Below, piece after piece: positions 37,122 to 51,594 of a DNA stretch of 60,000 nt. The position numbers were made by a program, and so were the translations under genes. Source of the stretch: Botryllus schlosseri (taxonomy: Eukaryota); assembly GCA_051294905.1 (NCBI GenBank), contig CM119371.1, positions 30,444,001 to 30,504,000 of the forward strand, written 5' to 3'. Positions within the stretch are counted from its first letter, which is position 1. Each line of letters starts with the position of its first letter. The notes below the pieces were generated by a model that saw only the letters and a list, made by a program, of their open reading frames with translations, was not told the origin of the DNA and did no database searches.

Positions 37122-37831
37122 CCCTAGATGAACTGATACTGCTATCTACGGTGTGGGCGTGTACACTGTACATTGACCTTACACTACAATACTACATCTA
37201 CCACAAATATGGTAACCCTTATTTATGGCCTATTTCATTGCCATTTGCAACAATGCTATGGATTGATCACGCTTTCGCAGATATATCATTTCCAGTATCA
37301 TTCATGTTTCTTGCACCGCGATACAACCAACCGAGGTTAACAGGCTTTCCACAGTGGAAAGTACGGTCGAAAGTATAATTTCCGTGGATGGGTCAACTCT
37401 TAAGGAGCGCATATCTCCATCTAAAAAAACTCATCTCTCGCCAACTGACTGCAATCATCGGAATTACTGCTCTATTAAGATTCTATTACTCGAATGACTA
37501 TGCCCATCCCTGATTGCACGTCAAGCGTTCTTTTATAATATATTTATGTTGCCAATTTACGAGCTGACATTACATTGTGAATGTGCTATTCGATGTGTGA
37601 GGCTGGGCGTCGTTAGACGTCTGTAAATTAGTTTGTTACTCTAGGAACCGCTGACCTAAGGATTAAGCAGATCTATGGTCAAAGTAGTCGTTTACGGTAC
37701 TGAATAAGAAATAACACCGTTAAAGACTGTTGAATTAGAAGTGGAGGCTGCGATTTTTAAGATCTGTCTAGTGTCGAAGCGTGTTCTAGTGGAAGGAGAA
37801 ATGAAGGTTCAGGATAGCGTAGGGTTAGCAC

Positions 37832-39053
37832 TAGGGATGGTGTGAACATGAGGTTCACGTTCGTGTTCTGTGTGTGAACCTCAGAAAATTAGAGGTTCAC
37901 GTTCACAAACGAACCTTGGTAGGTTCTGCACTGTGAACCTTTTTCATATATTACAAATTTCACTTCATTATAACAGCTTTGGTTGAAATTTATTGCATTT
38001 CAACTGCGGCCACTATATGCATTGCGTTCGCAGCATAAAAAATTCAACACTAAACGAGCATGCACCTTGACAATCTCACAAAATTTTCTTACTTTGTTAC
38101 CCTACTAAGCTTTGATCGAATATTTAGTGACTCTCTACTGCAGTGGTTCTCAACCTTTTTTTGACGCGCCCCCCTTTTTGATAGTGAAAAATTTCGCGCC
38201 CCCCTTATCGTCATATCACAAAATCCAACTGGGATGCTAGCAACCCCAACAGATTGTTTGGTGGTATGGTCGGTTATGAATGTTGATGAGAGAATAAAAA
38301 ATATGAAATTGGGCCTATATAGAGAGAAACACGCCTGCATTGAAGGCAAATCGCGCAGAGCGCGAGAAATTTTTTTAGGTGACCGCTTCTTCTCGCCCCC
38401 TTCAGATGTTTCACGCCCCCCAGGTTGAGAACCCCTGCTCTACTGTGAGATTAACCCGCAATCACACAACATCAAGAGCGAAATACACTACATGTAGGTT
38501 GTCTGATGTAAAAAATCTGGCAGGCGTACGCGGTCAATCTTGATTTCATGTTTATTGTATCGTAAAAACCAAATCCGTGTGATCGGGGTATTGGCTACTG
38601 CTGTTTAACTTAATGGGGTATCGGTAGGAAGTATAGAAACCCGTTTTACACCCAGATCAGTATCAATGTAGCAATACTCGGACGCGGAATACATTGTCCA
38701 GTCTGGCCTAGACCGGTAAGGCGTAAGCTTACATTCCCTTGCAAGTCCTCGTCGAAATTGTTGGCAAAGCGACAGAAGATATTGATTTTATGGGATTATT
38801 GTATCACTTGATTGACCCAGTTGATACATTTGGCGGCATTTAAAACGTCAATATGTACTTCAGCATTGTGGCCCGAGTCGTTGCTAGGTATCGTGTAGGC
38901 CTACTCGTACAAATAGGCTATCACTCCACTAAAATGTAGGGTTGGAATTAGCAACATGACGTCACGAGGTTCGCGTTCGCGTTCACACAGAACCTTCTAA
39001 AAAGGTTCGCGTTCACACGAACCTGAACCTTTCAGAGGTTCACACCATCCCTA
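37832..39053. mobile_element. hAT non-autonomous element with a nested MITE at 38141-38437
   Basis: TIRs TAGGGATGGTGTGAAC / GTTCACACCATCCCTA, TSD GTTAGCAC; nested element TSD CTCTACTG. Confidence 0.9.
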
Positions 39054-39699
39054 GTTAGCACATTTTGGAAATGTGAAGAGAGGACAGTTTTTCAAACTTA
39101 TTTTCCCCGACTTTGTGGTTGGTTGACTAAAAGAAAGTTCAATTTTCCGGCTAAACTCCTAAAATACCCATTTCTATCAGGTCTCCCGTTGGTTGACTAA
39201 AAACAAACAAAAAGTCATTTACCTGGCTCGAGTCCCGAAAGCACGTCAGCCCGTTAACTGGCCGCTGATTTCCTATATCTCAGTCCGATTTCTACCTACG
39301 TTTAACCAAAATTCTCAAAAAAGAGGACATTTAGACGTCCTCCGAGGACGCTTTCAAAAAAGTCAAAAAAAGAGGACGTATGGTAGGATTACCATATTTT
39401 GGGGATCTGAAAAGAGGGCACTTTTTAAAAAATTTCCAGACTTACAATACCGGAGTAAAATCCGGAAAAATTGGTATCTTTATAGGGAGTTTGTTCCTGG
39501 TTGATTAAAAAAAAAGGTCAACTTTCCGGCTCAACTCCCGAAATACCTGTCGGAACTGAGTACTCATTTCCTATAGCATATCAGTTGAATTTTAACATAC
39601 ATTTAACCAAAATTTTCTAAAAAGAGGACATTTGAGCGTCCTTCGAGGACACTTAAAAAGATCTAAAAAAGGACGTACGATAACTCTAACGTATGGTAA

Positions 39700-39812
39700 G
39701 CCTAAGATAGCGTAATGGTGGAGCGCCCGACTTCTTGATCGGTAGGTCGTGTGTTCGATACCCGACCGGGTCAGACCTAAGACCTGATTTGCAAAACCGG
39801 TATCCATGGCTT
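39700..39812 (+). mobile_element. tRNA-like SINE head; minus-strand relative at ~45262-45338
   Basis: A box TAGCGTAATGG and B box GTTCGATACC; no proper acceptor stem. Confidence 0.6.
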
Positions 39813-39859
39813 GATGTTAATCCACATTTCCGGGATATCATGGAGGGGTGGTACTAGAC

Positions 39860-40213
39860 CAGTGGTTCCCAACCTTTTTCGCCCCATTGCCCCCTTTTCA
39901 AGGTCAACACCGATCATCGCCCCCCAAATTTTGTGCACCGATAATTGGGCATACAGGCTGCAATCACCGGCGGGTTGACTAAAAAAAAAAGGTCATCTGC
40001 CTCTTCTCAGAGCGTTTTTTCTCTCCGAATTGCTAGGTGGATGACTAAAAAAAAAAAAAAAAAAAAAAAAGGTCAGCCGTTTTGACGCGTCATCGCCCCC
40101 CTATCGCCCCCTTCGCTATTTTCGCCCCCCGTCGCCCCCTTTGTCCATCTTCGCCCCCCTATCGCCCCCTTCGTCATTTTCGCCCCCTAGATCGCCCACG
40201 TTGGGAACCACTG
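39860..40213. mobile_element. hAT MITE with TCGCCCCC repeats; near-identical partial copy at ~42087-42441
   Basis: TIRs CAGTGGTTCCCAAC / GTTGGGAACCACTG; 8-bp TSD TACTAGAC. Confidence 0.9.
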
Positions 40214-40948
40214 TACTAGACTTAGAGGGCAGTGGTTATCAACCGGTGTACCATCTACGTCTCGCAAGTTGTTGTTTGTGGTATTCATGGTGTTCGGTGA
40301 CTACTATGGTCATTTGCACCCGGCCAATTTACTTCATTTTTATTCCGTAGCTGCCGACTTGTAGCACGGCCCACTACTAGAATTTTGTAAGACACCGCTT
40401 ACACGGATTAGATGGGGAGGAGGAGCCTAGATAAACCTCAAACACTCAAGTAAGAATTCTGCAGCCGAACCTGGATGGACTTGGACTCGAACGCGAGGGT
40501 GCCGCGAGAGATTTCCTCGAAATTTTGAAATTATACGCAAAATGATTCTAGTCTATAACAGACGGTAATCGGGCTCAATGTGGATCCGCTAATTCGCTTT
40601 ACCAAACATATCGAGTACTATAGGGCTGAAATAAGTTTTGCACAATATGTTGCTTAACCGCAGAGAAGAGCAGACATGTCGACGCCTGTATGACAATGCA
40701 ATTTTCAAAACCTTATTGATTTTCTACTCACAAGCGAGAAATTATCTCATTGGAACTGATGTTCATGTAAGTAACGTCTGCAAATTCCAATTACAGATAT
40801 ATAGCCATCAGTGGCGGCTCGTGACAATATCGGGTAGTTGGGAATGGGGTGCACGCTATTTTAATTGACTAGATGACGTCACAATAGTGTATTCCGTCGT
40901 GAAAATGTGACTTCGTGGTGGTCACACACAGTTTGTATGGGGTATAGA

Positions 40949-41993
40949 CAGGGTTGCCATCGACATCGACCCAAAAATAAGGACAGTCGAAAAATTAGGT
41001 TAGCACGAAAAAGCGTTTTTGTACATACTTTATATTTATACGAGCCGGGGCATATCACATTCCATACTTTTCGCCAGAAACAATCGTTGGCGAGGAATGA
41101 TTGCTGGTGTTTGACAGTATGGAATGCCCATGTACCCTCTACAGCAGCTGCCTTGTAGTCTGTGGTCGATGGTGCTGATCGACTTGTGGGAAAATTATTC
41201 ATCGACTTGTTCAAATTAATCATTATATGACATACTTATTGTGTTTTGGGGTATGAATGTGAGTTGAAATAGCGGTCTTTCCTGTGGCCTCCAGGTTAAT
41301 GTCACAATTGCAGATATTGCAATCTGCGAAACACTCGCCATTCAAGTTTCGTTAGATACCTTTGAATTCTCTCTCATAATCATCACGAAAAACGATTTTA
41401 CGCCTGCTCATTTTAACTAATCAGAATTAGCCTTATTAGTAGCTAAAACTATATGCGCAAGTAAGTGCAATATAATTTAGATAAATATATCAATGATTTA
41501 CGGCTTTACTACTTTTTAACCAATGTGTCGACTGCACTGCGCCTTTTTTCAGTACTCAAGAAATGCTGCCTTCCCCACAGCTTGAGCTTATTCTGCTGTA
41601 GACCAAACCGCAGGAACCTGGCACTGCTGTTTACTGCTAAAATGACGTCCGCCGCGGTAGCTTAATTGGTTCAGACGAAAATGCTATACCACCACTCACC
41701 GCCCTAGCTATCTAACCACTTAGAAGTCAAATCTTGTGGTGTGTACGTCACGAGAGTTCCTTTCGTTTATGATGGCATGAAATCTCGACGCAAAAGCATA
41801 ATTTTAGAATTTTATGCAACACAGATACCAGAGGAAAACAATCGAAGTTCTGTAGTGGTTGAAAATAAGACAAAATAAGGACGCAAGTCGAAAATAAGGA
41901 CATTTCTTAGAAATAAGGACAGTTGAGTTTTCTAAGACGTGGCCCTTCAAAATAAGGACAAATCTTAGAAATAAGGACGGTATGGCAACCCTG
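40949..41993 (-). mobile_element. hAT deletion derivative with transposase remnant
   Basis: TIRs CAGGGTTGCCAT / ATGGCAACCCTG; 8-bp TSD GGTATAGA; AVEGTWAFHTVKHQQSF...DC on minus strand. Confidence 0.85.
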
Positions 41994-44900
41994 GGTATAG
42001 ACATTATAGGCATGGTTAACATAGCTTACGTATTTCAAATTATTCGAAAGAAAATATGAAATACAGTAGTTCATACCTGCATTTTTCGCCCCCTTTTCAA
42101 GGTCAACTCCGATCATCGCCCCCCAAATTTTGTGCACCGATAATTGGGCATACAGGCTGTAATCACCGGCGGGTTGACTAAAAAAAAAAAAGGTCATCTT
42201 TCTCTGCTCAGAGCTGAAAATTAACGTTTTTTCTCTCCGAATTGCCAGGTGGAAGACTAAAAAAAAAAAAAAAGGTCAGCCGTTTTCACGCGTCATCGCC
42301 CCCCTATCGCCCCCTTCGCTATTTTCGCCCCCCGTCGCCCCTTTGTCCATTTTCGCCCCCCCTATCGCCCCCTTCGTCATTTTCGCCCCCCTAGATCGCC
42401 AACGATATCGCCAACGATATCGCCCACGTTGGGAACCACTGATATAAACAATAGCAGTGTGGATCTTGTGTATGACTCAGCAACTAATACAGAGATCTAC
42501 AAATTTTATCACTAATCACTATACTGAAGACAAGCACGCACTCTCTCACTACCAATAAACAATGGTCAGAAACGAAATCCAGGGAGTAGCCAAATAACAC
42601 ATGTCCACCTTTTTGCCTGTCGGAGCCGCATTTCAAACATCAGAGTATGTATGGGGCCGCATGAAAACACGTAGGCGACTAATGACGAAAATTTATAGGT
42701 GTAGCTTGCCTACCTCACGATCTTACCATCCAACTGATTCGAAAGCATGCACATATAGACTTGTATATATTCTTTATCGGTTATTTTAGCATTAACAGGC
42801 GCAGATTGTCGAGTGCTATACACTGTCATAAACTGAAAATACATATCATTATTACAACAACATACTAATATATCATTACGTGATAGCCAATGTTCCCTCT
42901 AATTTTTGACGAGTCTATGCGCGCACTCACCAAGTCACTGCTGTCCCTTGAACAACAGTGCGTAACGACTGAAAAAAAGGTCACATCTTCGGATTCTTTG
43001 TGCGAAACGCAGATTTTCTCTGTGCAGAGACCGCGTCAGCTCAGAGAAACTGCGCACGTGCGCAGATTAGAGGCAACATTGGGGATAGCTCTTCAGTCTT
43101 CATACATTCCAGCACTCAACGCACAAGTTTGCGGGAATTATATACGCCAAGTAATATTGGACTTATTGCGAGTTATACTTGACTATGAGCCGCTATTTTG
43201 ATATTAGTAAAATTGTGTCGATATGTGCTCTTCACAGAGACGATATATAAAGGCCTATGGCCAGCAGAACCCCAGATATATCCTTGTCTGACGGGTATTC
43301 ATTCATGCGTTTGACGATAGTGTGCAAGAATTCTCTTTCCCGGTTTTAGAACCGGCCTTGGACGGCATTCACATAGAGAAATTGACTATACTTATTCACA
43401 GAAACAAACAAAATAAGTCGTCTATTATATTTTTGGCATATTTAGATATCAATCAGATCCTCAAGAAGGCTTCCTTGCAGCCGCATGCAGCTCTGAGAGG
43501 CGCGGTTGGGAATCACTGGTCTACACGCACTTAGTCAAGTATTCATGGACTATAGGACTATTGCACTCCTTCTAAAACATTTGTTTGGCCTATGTGGCTG
43601 AGCTACATCCTAGAAATATTTTCGATTTTGGCAAGTGGGAAGCAGTGATTGGTTACATTTTCATCAATCTTACAAGTGATGTTGTCATTTACAAAACCAG
43701 ACGATGTATTTACTGTATCATAATATCCTGGTAGAATTCCAAAAGTTGAACCAATTTGTGAATGCATCTATAATTTTGTGTTGGTCGCGATTTGATTGAA
43801 ATTTTTTCCTCTGACCAGTTGAATTGCAATTTGCAATAAATGACCAGTTTTATCAATATAGTATAGTAATAATAACTGTGATTGTTGGTACATACAAACC
43901 ATATTCTATTTATCATTAGAAATTTCACGAGTACTCTGAAAGCACTTGTTTTCATATTAGATAAGTTCGAGTCGGAGTCTGAGTTTGTGAAAACTTCAGT
44001 ATTTTTCTCACGACTCCGACTTCAAGGCGTGCTAAAAAGAGAGTCCGACTCCCCCCGACCCCGCATTACTCCCCAAACATCGAAAACAACAATAACACAT
44101 TTTTATTGTTGTCAGTCCGATACATCTTTAGCCAATTCAGGATTCGGTTATATAGTCTGGGAATTTCTGATATTCTTTTCAATCATCAGCGCCGTTCCAT
44201 ATGACGCGATTCTATATGATGGCAACCACAATATTCTATTGAATACCATCCAATTGAGGTATAAATTACATCGCTCCTGTAACATCTTCCATATGCAAGA
44301 ACATAATTGTTGTTGCTATTGCTTCATCTGGTAACGTGATTGAATTCACATCGTCACAATGCGTGATATTCGAAACTCGTCAACGCTAATAAATTATGTC
44401 CCATACAAATTGCACAACAATACCGACTGCGATTTTGGCTTCGGATGTTTTTGATTCAAGAGTTCTTAAACACATTGTTATTCGATCATGCACTCTTGCA
44501 ATTTTCAAAATAAACTTTCAAAAGAAACTTCTCCACTGAACAATGAAGTGTCGAATAACTTGGAATCATCAATAACGGGAAGCGTGTTGCTACTGCTTGT
44601 ACAGTTGATGGCGTTTTGACTATGATAGCAGATAAAATTTATTAACACAATGTCTCAACGGCATTTTTTTTTAATTTTGTTTTTTGCATTACCCATATGT
44701 ATTTACTACCCATTGTGGATATCGAATTTTAATAAGTAACAGGTCGCCGGTTTGTCGAGGCAATGAAAATATAGTAGATAAATTTATACGATACATGGTA
44801 AGCAAGTATCCACGATAATCGAACATGTTATTGATTTAATATGTTACGACAGAGTTTTGGCAAGATGATGCTTAACTAAAATCTATTGAATACTTCAGAT

Positions 44901-45046
44901 GTTAGGAGCAACATAATTCGCATAATTCTTTTCTCATCTTGAATATGCGGATTCCAACTTTGCGAGCCGTGTAGACGAGCCAGATACAAAAATACTATGA
45001 TATTTGCCAAATTGCATCAATGCAGTGTTAGTCACAGAAATTTAAC

Positions 45047-45049
45047 TAC

Positions 45050-45085
<36 letters not shown>

Positions 45086-45108
45086 GGGGAGAGAGAGAGA
45101 GAGAGAGA
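45047..45108. repeat. (GA)n microsatellite
   Basis: Directly visible. Confidence 0.95.
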
Positions 45109-45448
45109 AGTGATATTCGTTTTCGCCTGCACCATTGAGGAGATGATTTGAAGACGGAGATGTAATACGACCGTGCGGTCAATTACTAATCTCCCAAATT
45201 TTTTCTCCTCCAGGCTATCCGTGGATTCAGGATAGCCGCGGGCACCAGTTTACGAGTACTTGATGTGACCCGGCCTGGGATCTAACCCACGACCTACCGA
45301 TCAAGAAGCCGGACGCATCACCATTACATTATCTCGCTCAAAGCAATTGAAGCAATATCCATATAATTACATTTTGAATGTCCGCTTCTTTTCCATTCTA
45401 ATCTCCAAATATCAGCAAACGGTCCTAATACGGCGACATGTTCTAAAG

Positions 45449-47384
45449 CGGTGGTTCCCAACCTTTTTCCACCCACGTACCACTTTGAGGTTTTATGCAG
45501 TGCTTGCGTACCACCTATATCAGTTACGCGCGTTTCCACCATTTATGACGTCATACTCACGTATTTGACTTGAGCGAGGTGTATTAACAAATTCTATTTA
45601 ACTAGGCTAGGGATGTCAAACATACGGCCCGTGGGCCGGACCCGGCCCGCCAGACGATTTTATCCGGCTCGCCTAGCAATTCCGAGTAGGGCCCACATTG
45701 AAAAAAGATTATATTATCCATCACATCCACAGTAATAAACCAAATTACAACGTCGGCGTTGACAGGTAAATATCTTGTATTCATCACCACGCATACGCAG
45801 GGCTAACGCCAGATTATGACTAACGCAGGGGTGGCCAGCCTTTTTGCCATTCACGGCCGCATTTCGACTACTCGTGTAGCCTACGGCCGCATTCGAAGGC
45901 ATAGTCGTAATTAACGAGCTTGACGCGGAATATACACATGTTAACGCGTGTCTATGTCCACTCTGGTGAACGCCGGACTAATCTATTTAATGATAGGCTT
46001 AAGGAAGGAAATGCTCATAGTCGCAAGAAGCGCGAAAAAAAAATCAGATTCACCAATGAATTTCATCATTGATATTAGTAGTTTTACATATAACCATTAA
46101 ACATTTATCCTTTCTCAGCCCGTGTTATCATATTCACTGCTATAGAATTGATGTATAGGGGTGTTTTCGAAAATTTGAAGCAAGTTATAAATTATGATGC
46201 ATCTTCAGGTGGGCCAATTGGTATTAGTCACTTTGAAGCATGCTATAATTTCTTGACTTCACATGAGGATTGTTAGTATAGTGAGGAGCACACGATTCCG
46301 TGCTGATATTTCCATGTGAGGCGCATCATTGTCACTGATGTTCGCATCTGTATTGTGGGGCTCTGATTGCAAAGGGTACGTGTTATTATATAAAAATCGA
46401 AAAATGTAGTTGCATAGTTGCATTGCGCAGCGCGAAGAAAATTTCAATATTAATTAAAATCTTTCAAGACATCAGGAATCAATTCGTAAATTCGAATTGC
46501 ATGTCTTCGGCCGCCAACACATACTAATTGAATTGCGTGTCTACGGCCGCACAAATTCCCTCTTACGGCCGAAGGTTGGCTACCCCTGGACTAAAGCAAA
46601 GAGAGCACTGAAATATGTCTACTTGTATCGCCGGTAATTCCATTGTTTTAGCGGTTCTTAACTGTATTCAACCGGACAAACACCGTATTTTCGCCGATTT
46701 CATTGCTCGCAAATAATGGTTTCGCAATTCGCTAGAATGAAACCCCTACGATCCGTGTATTATCTATATATGCTCGTTCGTGTATTATGTATATATGCTT
46801 GTTAATAAAGTATTCCAGCGAGAAGCAATGGCACGAGGCAACATTTTTGATTCCGTTGACTGGTCCGGGCCGCAGGCGATTTCATGACCTCGATCCGGCC
46901 CGCGATGCAATTTGAGTTTGACACCCCTGAACTAGGCATTATCAGCCAGGTTTGATGGGATGTATGGAATTGTTTGTTTTTTCACCGCCATTCACAAGAA
47001 GAACAACATAATGAAATAAAAACACACAGCAACAGTCAATTTATTTAATGCGATGGCTGCATTTGTTTATTTTCCACTAGCTTGCCGATGCGTGGCATAC
47101 CTTTTCTTTCTGCGCATCGAAAGTCATGTATGGGCGCAACAAGTCTGTTTCGTTTCTTCGACTTGATAGTCATCAGGGATGAAAATCCTTGCTCACATTC
47201 CTACGTATAAGGAGAAATTAGCAGCTGTGGAATAGCGGGTTACGACAGCTTCAAAAAACTCAAAATCTACCTCACCTAAACTAATAACTCCCTTCGGACG
47301 GAAAAAACAGAATCTACTCGCGTACCACCTAGAAGACCTTCGCGTACCACTAGTGGTACGCGTACCACAGGTTGAAAACCACTG
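45449..47384 (-). mobile_element. Charlie/Buster-type hAT derivative containing two nested MITEs (45608-46929 and 45826-46588)
   Basis: TSDs TTCT(A/T)AAG, AACTAGGC, GACTAA(C/A)G; minus-strand CEQGFSSLMTIKSKKRNRL...QMQPSH* at ~47045-47197. Confidence 0.85.
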
Positions 47385-47605
47385 TTCTTAAGAAAATTTG
47401 TTTCTTACAGTATTGAGTGGCAGATGAGATGGCGTAAGTCTGATCTTCAATAGCGGAAAAGTGTGACATACCTAATAAAATACCGCGAAATAGAGCAAGT
47501 TCTAGGGAGTAGGACCGCATGCAAGTGATGGGATGGATTAGAAATTGCAAAGAGGCCAAATCCATTGAGAGGGAATTAAACATTTTATTTCGGCAGATTT
47601 AGAGG

Positions 47606-47690
47606 ATGAGTTTGATTAGCCTAATAATGTGGAATGTGCTGGTAGCATGCTGTGTTTTGACGTGCTTCGTCGCTGCGACTCTGAGTACTG
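47606..47690 (+). CDS. LDLa-repeat protein, exon 1 (signal peptide)
   Basis: MSLISLIMWNVLVACCVLTCFVAATLST; phase-1 donor G|GTAAGA; acceptor at 47596. Confidence 0.7.
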
Positions 47691-47924
47691 GTAAGAATCA
47701 TCATGCAACCCAATGGTTCTCAACAAGGGTCCGTGAAGTTTATAAATTTGAAAATAAGTAATAACATAATTTGTAATTTTTTTTTAATTCGGGAAAGCAT
47801 GAGACAGTTTTCTTTCATAATTGCTACAACTTCAGGTCTCGCATCATTAGAATAGTCATGTGATATAAAAAATCCTTGGGTTACAGAACATCATAACACA
47901 TTTGAATAAAATATTCATATTTAT

Positions 47925-47968
47925 TCCCGAAGCTTTTCGGCAGACCCTCGTCAGGGGATATCGTCAGC
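47925..47968 (-). ncRNA. Minimal hammerhead motif, diverged family A, in an isolated Penelope-type terminal repeat (~47905-48032)
   Basis: Reverse complement GCUGACG-AUA-UCCC-CUGACGA-G-GGUCUGC-C-GAAA-AGCU-UC-GGGA; compensatory changes in stems I and III. Confidence 0.8.
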
Positions 47969-49501
47969 AATATTGCGAGAATTCGAATAACTATGTTCAA
48001 CAACAATATATATCGCTAATTATGACGTCACACAGAAAATATACAAAGTTAGAAAAACGAGAGAACTGAAACGTTGGCAAGGAGATAGCGAAGCAAAACA
48101 AGTCAGGCATTACATAATATCATTGGCTACGATGGACTCTCACGTATGTTTCTCCAATAGTGATTGCAGTGGTTATCATGAAGGCTGAACAGCGAACACC
48201 ATGATTTGAGTACTCGGATTCGCGTCGAGTATTGTTTTCGATGACTCTTGTTAAGTAAAATGGTAAATTGTTGAGTACGAGTAAGATACACCCCTTTCGA
48301 CAAACGAGCCATTTTCCCATCATTAAAGCCTCGAAACTTCGATTGGCTTCATCATAACAACCATAAATGTAGCATGATGCTAGTCATGTTCGCGGAGACA
48401 AGACACGTTTGAGTAGTGATCAACTCTACGCATTAGCACATGGTGTGTGTCATAGTTTTTAAAATATTTATTTCACCAGTTGTAACTGACATTATTTTCT
48501 ATATCATCGTATGAAAGGTGCATATTTGAACTTCGGGATTCGCTCTTACTATATGCATGACGTATGACGTATGACGTCGTAATGAGTGGTACTCGAATGC
48601 TCGAAGCTAATGGTGCTTGATTTTGCCCAGCCTTAGTAATCACATATAAAGCAAAATCGAAAGTATTGAAGTATATTATTGACAGGTTTATGCTTTAAGC
48701 ACAATGTGCTCTAAACATGATGTGGCCTCAAATTATAGTTGAGGGCAATGAAAACATTATGGCAGCAGTCATAGGCGCCTGCTTTTATATTTGCATGCGG
48801 TGGCGGCAGGCGCGTAGCCAGGGGGTGTCGAAACACCCTCCATTGAAACGCAAAACCCCGTCCTTTTGAAATGGCCATTCTGACGCTAATATTCAGTTGC
48901 AATCCAACAAGTCGTGTTATCAGTTTTACGCGGGGCCGCGACCAATTAGTGGGATTCGTCTAGGCACGCATATCGCATCGCACAATGCTACGCCACACGA
49001 TCTCCCGCTGAGATGATTGCGATATTAGGTCATTGATTGCCGCGCACTAGGCATTCGTCGCTGGACTGAGAGCACTGAGCAGTAACACATCGCGACAATT
49101 CTGGAATACGAAAGACAGACAAGAATTATGATTACGCGCGCGGCCAATCAGTAATCATCCCTTACCGCCAACACAATGGGTTTTTACTTAGTATTGAGTA
49201 GCTCGCATCGCGACAATTGGTTGCTGGTTATGGTACCCTGAGTTGAATCCCATGACAGAGTTCTTTTTCAACAAAATCTAAACCAGATAAGAGTTAATGT
49301 CGCTTTTACGAGTATTGAACGCTGCCTTCGGAGCCTCACTATCAAGAGCTCCTCGCGTTTGTGGTCTCCCCATAGTTTAATCCCCCAGTATAATCCACAC
49401 TTCAATTTTGTAACACAATAATCTGCTTTTTCTGTCGTAAAGTGTTAACTACTGCAAATATCAGCACGTATATATCATTGAAGCGGAATGTGGTCTTTTA
49501 G

Positions 49502-49592
49502 GGGAATCCTGCAGATACGATGAATTTGCGTGCGATGATGGGACAGAATGTATCCCAGTGGGGTTCTTCTGTAATGGATATCCGGATTGCAA
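49502..49592 (+). CDS. LDLa-repeat protein, exon 2
   Basis: ESCRYDEFACDDGTECIPVGFFCNGYPDC; phase 1-2 splice sites. Confidence 0.85.
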
Positions 49593-49733
49593 GTAAGGTT
49601 TACATGTTCATTCAACCTATCATATTTTTTCCATCGACGTCATCATTTACATGTTAGTGCGGCCATCCGAACGCATCACAGTTGCTCTATTCAGTATACT
49701 ATATATATATAATATATAATAATCTATACGCAT

Positions 49734-50329
49734 TAGGGCTGTTCAAAATACCTTTTTTTCTATTTCACTGGCTATGTCATAAAATTGTTAGGTGCGTTAA
49801 AACAAAGCTACACACCAAATGTGGCACAATGCCATCCAGTAGAAGTGGGATTCTTGCAGTAAAAAGTTTTGAATTTATCATTAAAAGATAAAAAATAAAA
49901 TTTCATAATTTTTCTGCCAGCCCCATAACATTGTTAGGCTATTGGTTTGATTCCCGCCACTAGAAGCGAAGTTATTGCAGTAGAAAAATCTCCAATTCCA
50001 TCGTTTTGAAATAAATAATTGAAGACTATTTTATTCAAATTCAAATTTTTCAACTGTAAATTACTTCGCTTCTGGTAATTGGAATTGAGTCAAATTTGGA
50101 GTGCATCATCTCTACTGACAGCCTAACACTGTTATGGGGTTGACACAAAAACTTTGAAATTTTTATTTTTTATATTTTAATGATAAATTCAAAACTTTCT
50201 ATTGCAAAAACAGCGCTTCTACTGGTTGGAATTGAGCTAAATTTGGTGTGTAGCGTTTATTTAACCAACCTAACAATTTTATCCCTTAGTCAGTGAAATA
50301 TGAAGAAAAAGTTTTTTTGAAAAGCCCTA
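49734..50329. mobile_element. Imperfect foldback MITE; partial relative at ~50623-50890
   Basis: TAGGGCTGTTCAAAA ... TTTTGAAAAGCCCTA with long diverged inverted arms. Confidence 0.7.
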
Positions 50330-51457
50330 CATGCCTTTGAATTAGCTGGATGGTGAGATAGCTATTAATAAATTTTAGTTATAAGTAGTCTACTCGAGTG
50401 TTTTCATGCGGCTCCATACGGAATCTGAAGTGTGAAATGCGGCTACCACATCCAAAAAGGCAGGGAACCACTGATTCTAAATTAAGGATGTCCAACTTTT
50501 TCACAATTTCAGTGCAACAAAAATTTGCCGAAGTGATTAGGTAACGATGAAAACATCTTATTTTTTACGCATGAAAATCGATGACAATTATGTTAGGAAA
50601 ACTCAATGGGCAATCTGGGCATTAGGGCTGTTCGAAAATAACTTTTTTCTTTGGATTCCAGCCATTCACTGATTAAATTGCCAGGTCACCCTAAAAAAAC
50701 GTTGCACACCAATGTTGTTGCAATTCTAACAAGTATAAGACTCCGCAGATTCAATTAAAATTTTAAATTTATTTGGAAAAACTAAAAATCAAATTTTTCT
50801 GTCAACCCCATGAAATTGTTGGGCAGTCTTCAAAGACGATGCAAAACAAATTTGACTCAATCTTAACTGGTAGAAGCGGAGTTATTTGAGTTTTTCGTTG
50901 ATAATTCTCGGTCCTGTGTTGGCCACGCAAAACCTTCTCGCGTGCCGCTCCTGGTTTAGGACAAAGGCACTCATTTTAGTGGAAATGACCCATCCGTGAC
51001 GTCGTGATCAACCGACAGCATTTTCAAAAAGTGCAATGAAATAGGCATGCTCTAAAAATACAAAATTATATTTAATATGATGTAAAACTAGCATTTATTC
51101 TTTGTGATGGCATAAAAGGTACACATTTGAACTTTGCATATCATTCATGCTTTTGTGACGTGATGATCAGTGAGACTCGCAGACTCGACTTGAATACTAA
51201 TGCTCGATTTAAAATCGAATCACCACGGTACTCGATTATACTCATTTACTCATATATGGTCGTGACTTCTTTAATCTAAATTCGCTTTCCATTAGCTATT
51301 ATTGTGAATATCTGCATTCAAATGACCTCTCTGCCTTGATACGGCGCTAGCATAAATGTGTTCAGGCATACAAATCCTTCCGCCTCGCTACGCGCAGTTC
51401 AATGTCAATTGACCGCTAGCAAAAGGTATCCAATTGGTCGATTTTCATGTAATACAG

Positions 51458-51594
51458 TGACCAATCAGATGAGCCACTTCGCAACGATAGTCTGACCTAC
51501 GATCGAAATGCTACCTTTTGTCAAGGATGGTCAGGCCATCATACATGTGTATTGCCCGATAACCTCGTCGAAGAAAAAGACAGAATTTGTGAAG
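51458..51594 (+). CDS. LDLa-repeat protein, exon 3
   Basis: DQSDEPLRNDSLTYDRNATFCQGWSGHHTCVLPDNLVEEKDRICE; phase 2-1; completes DC-N-DQSDE. Confidence 0.8.
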
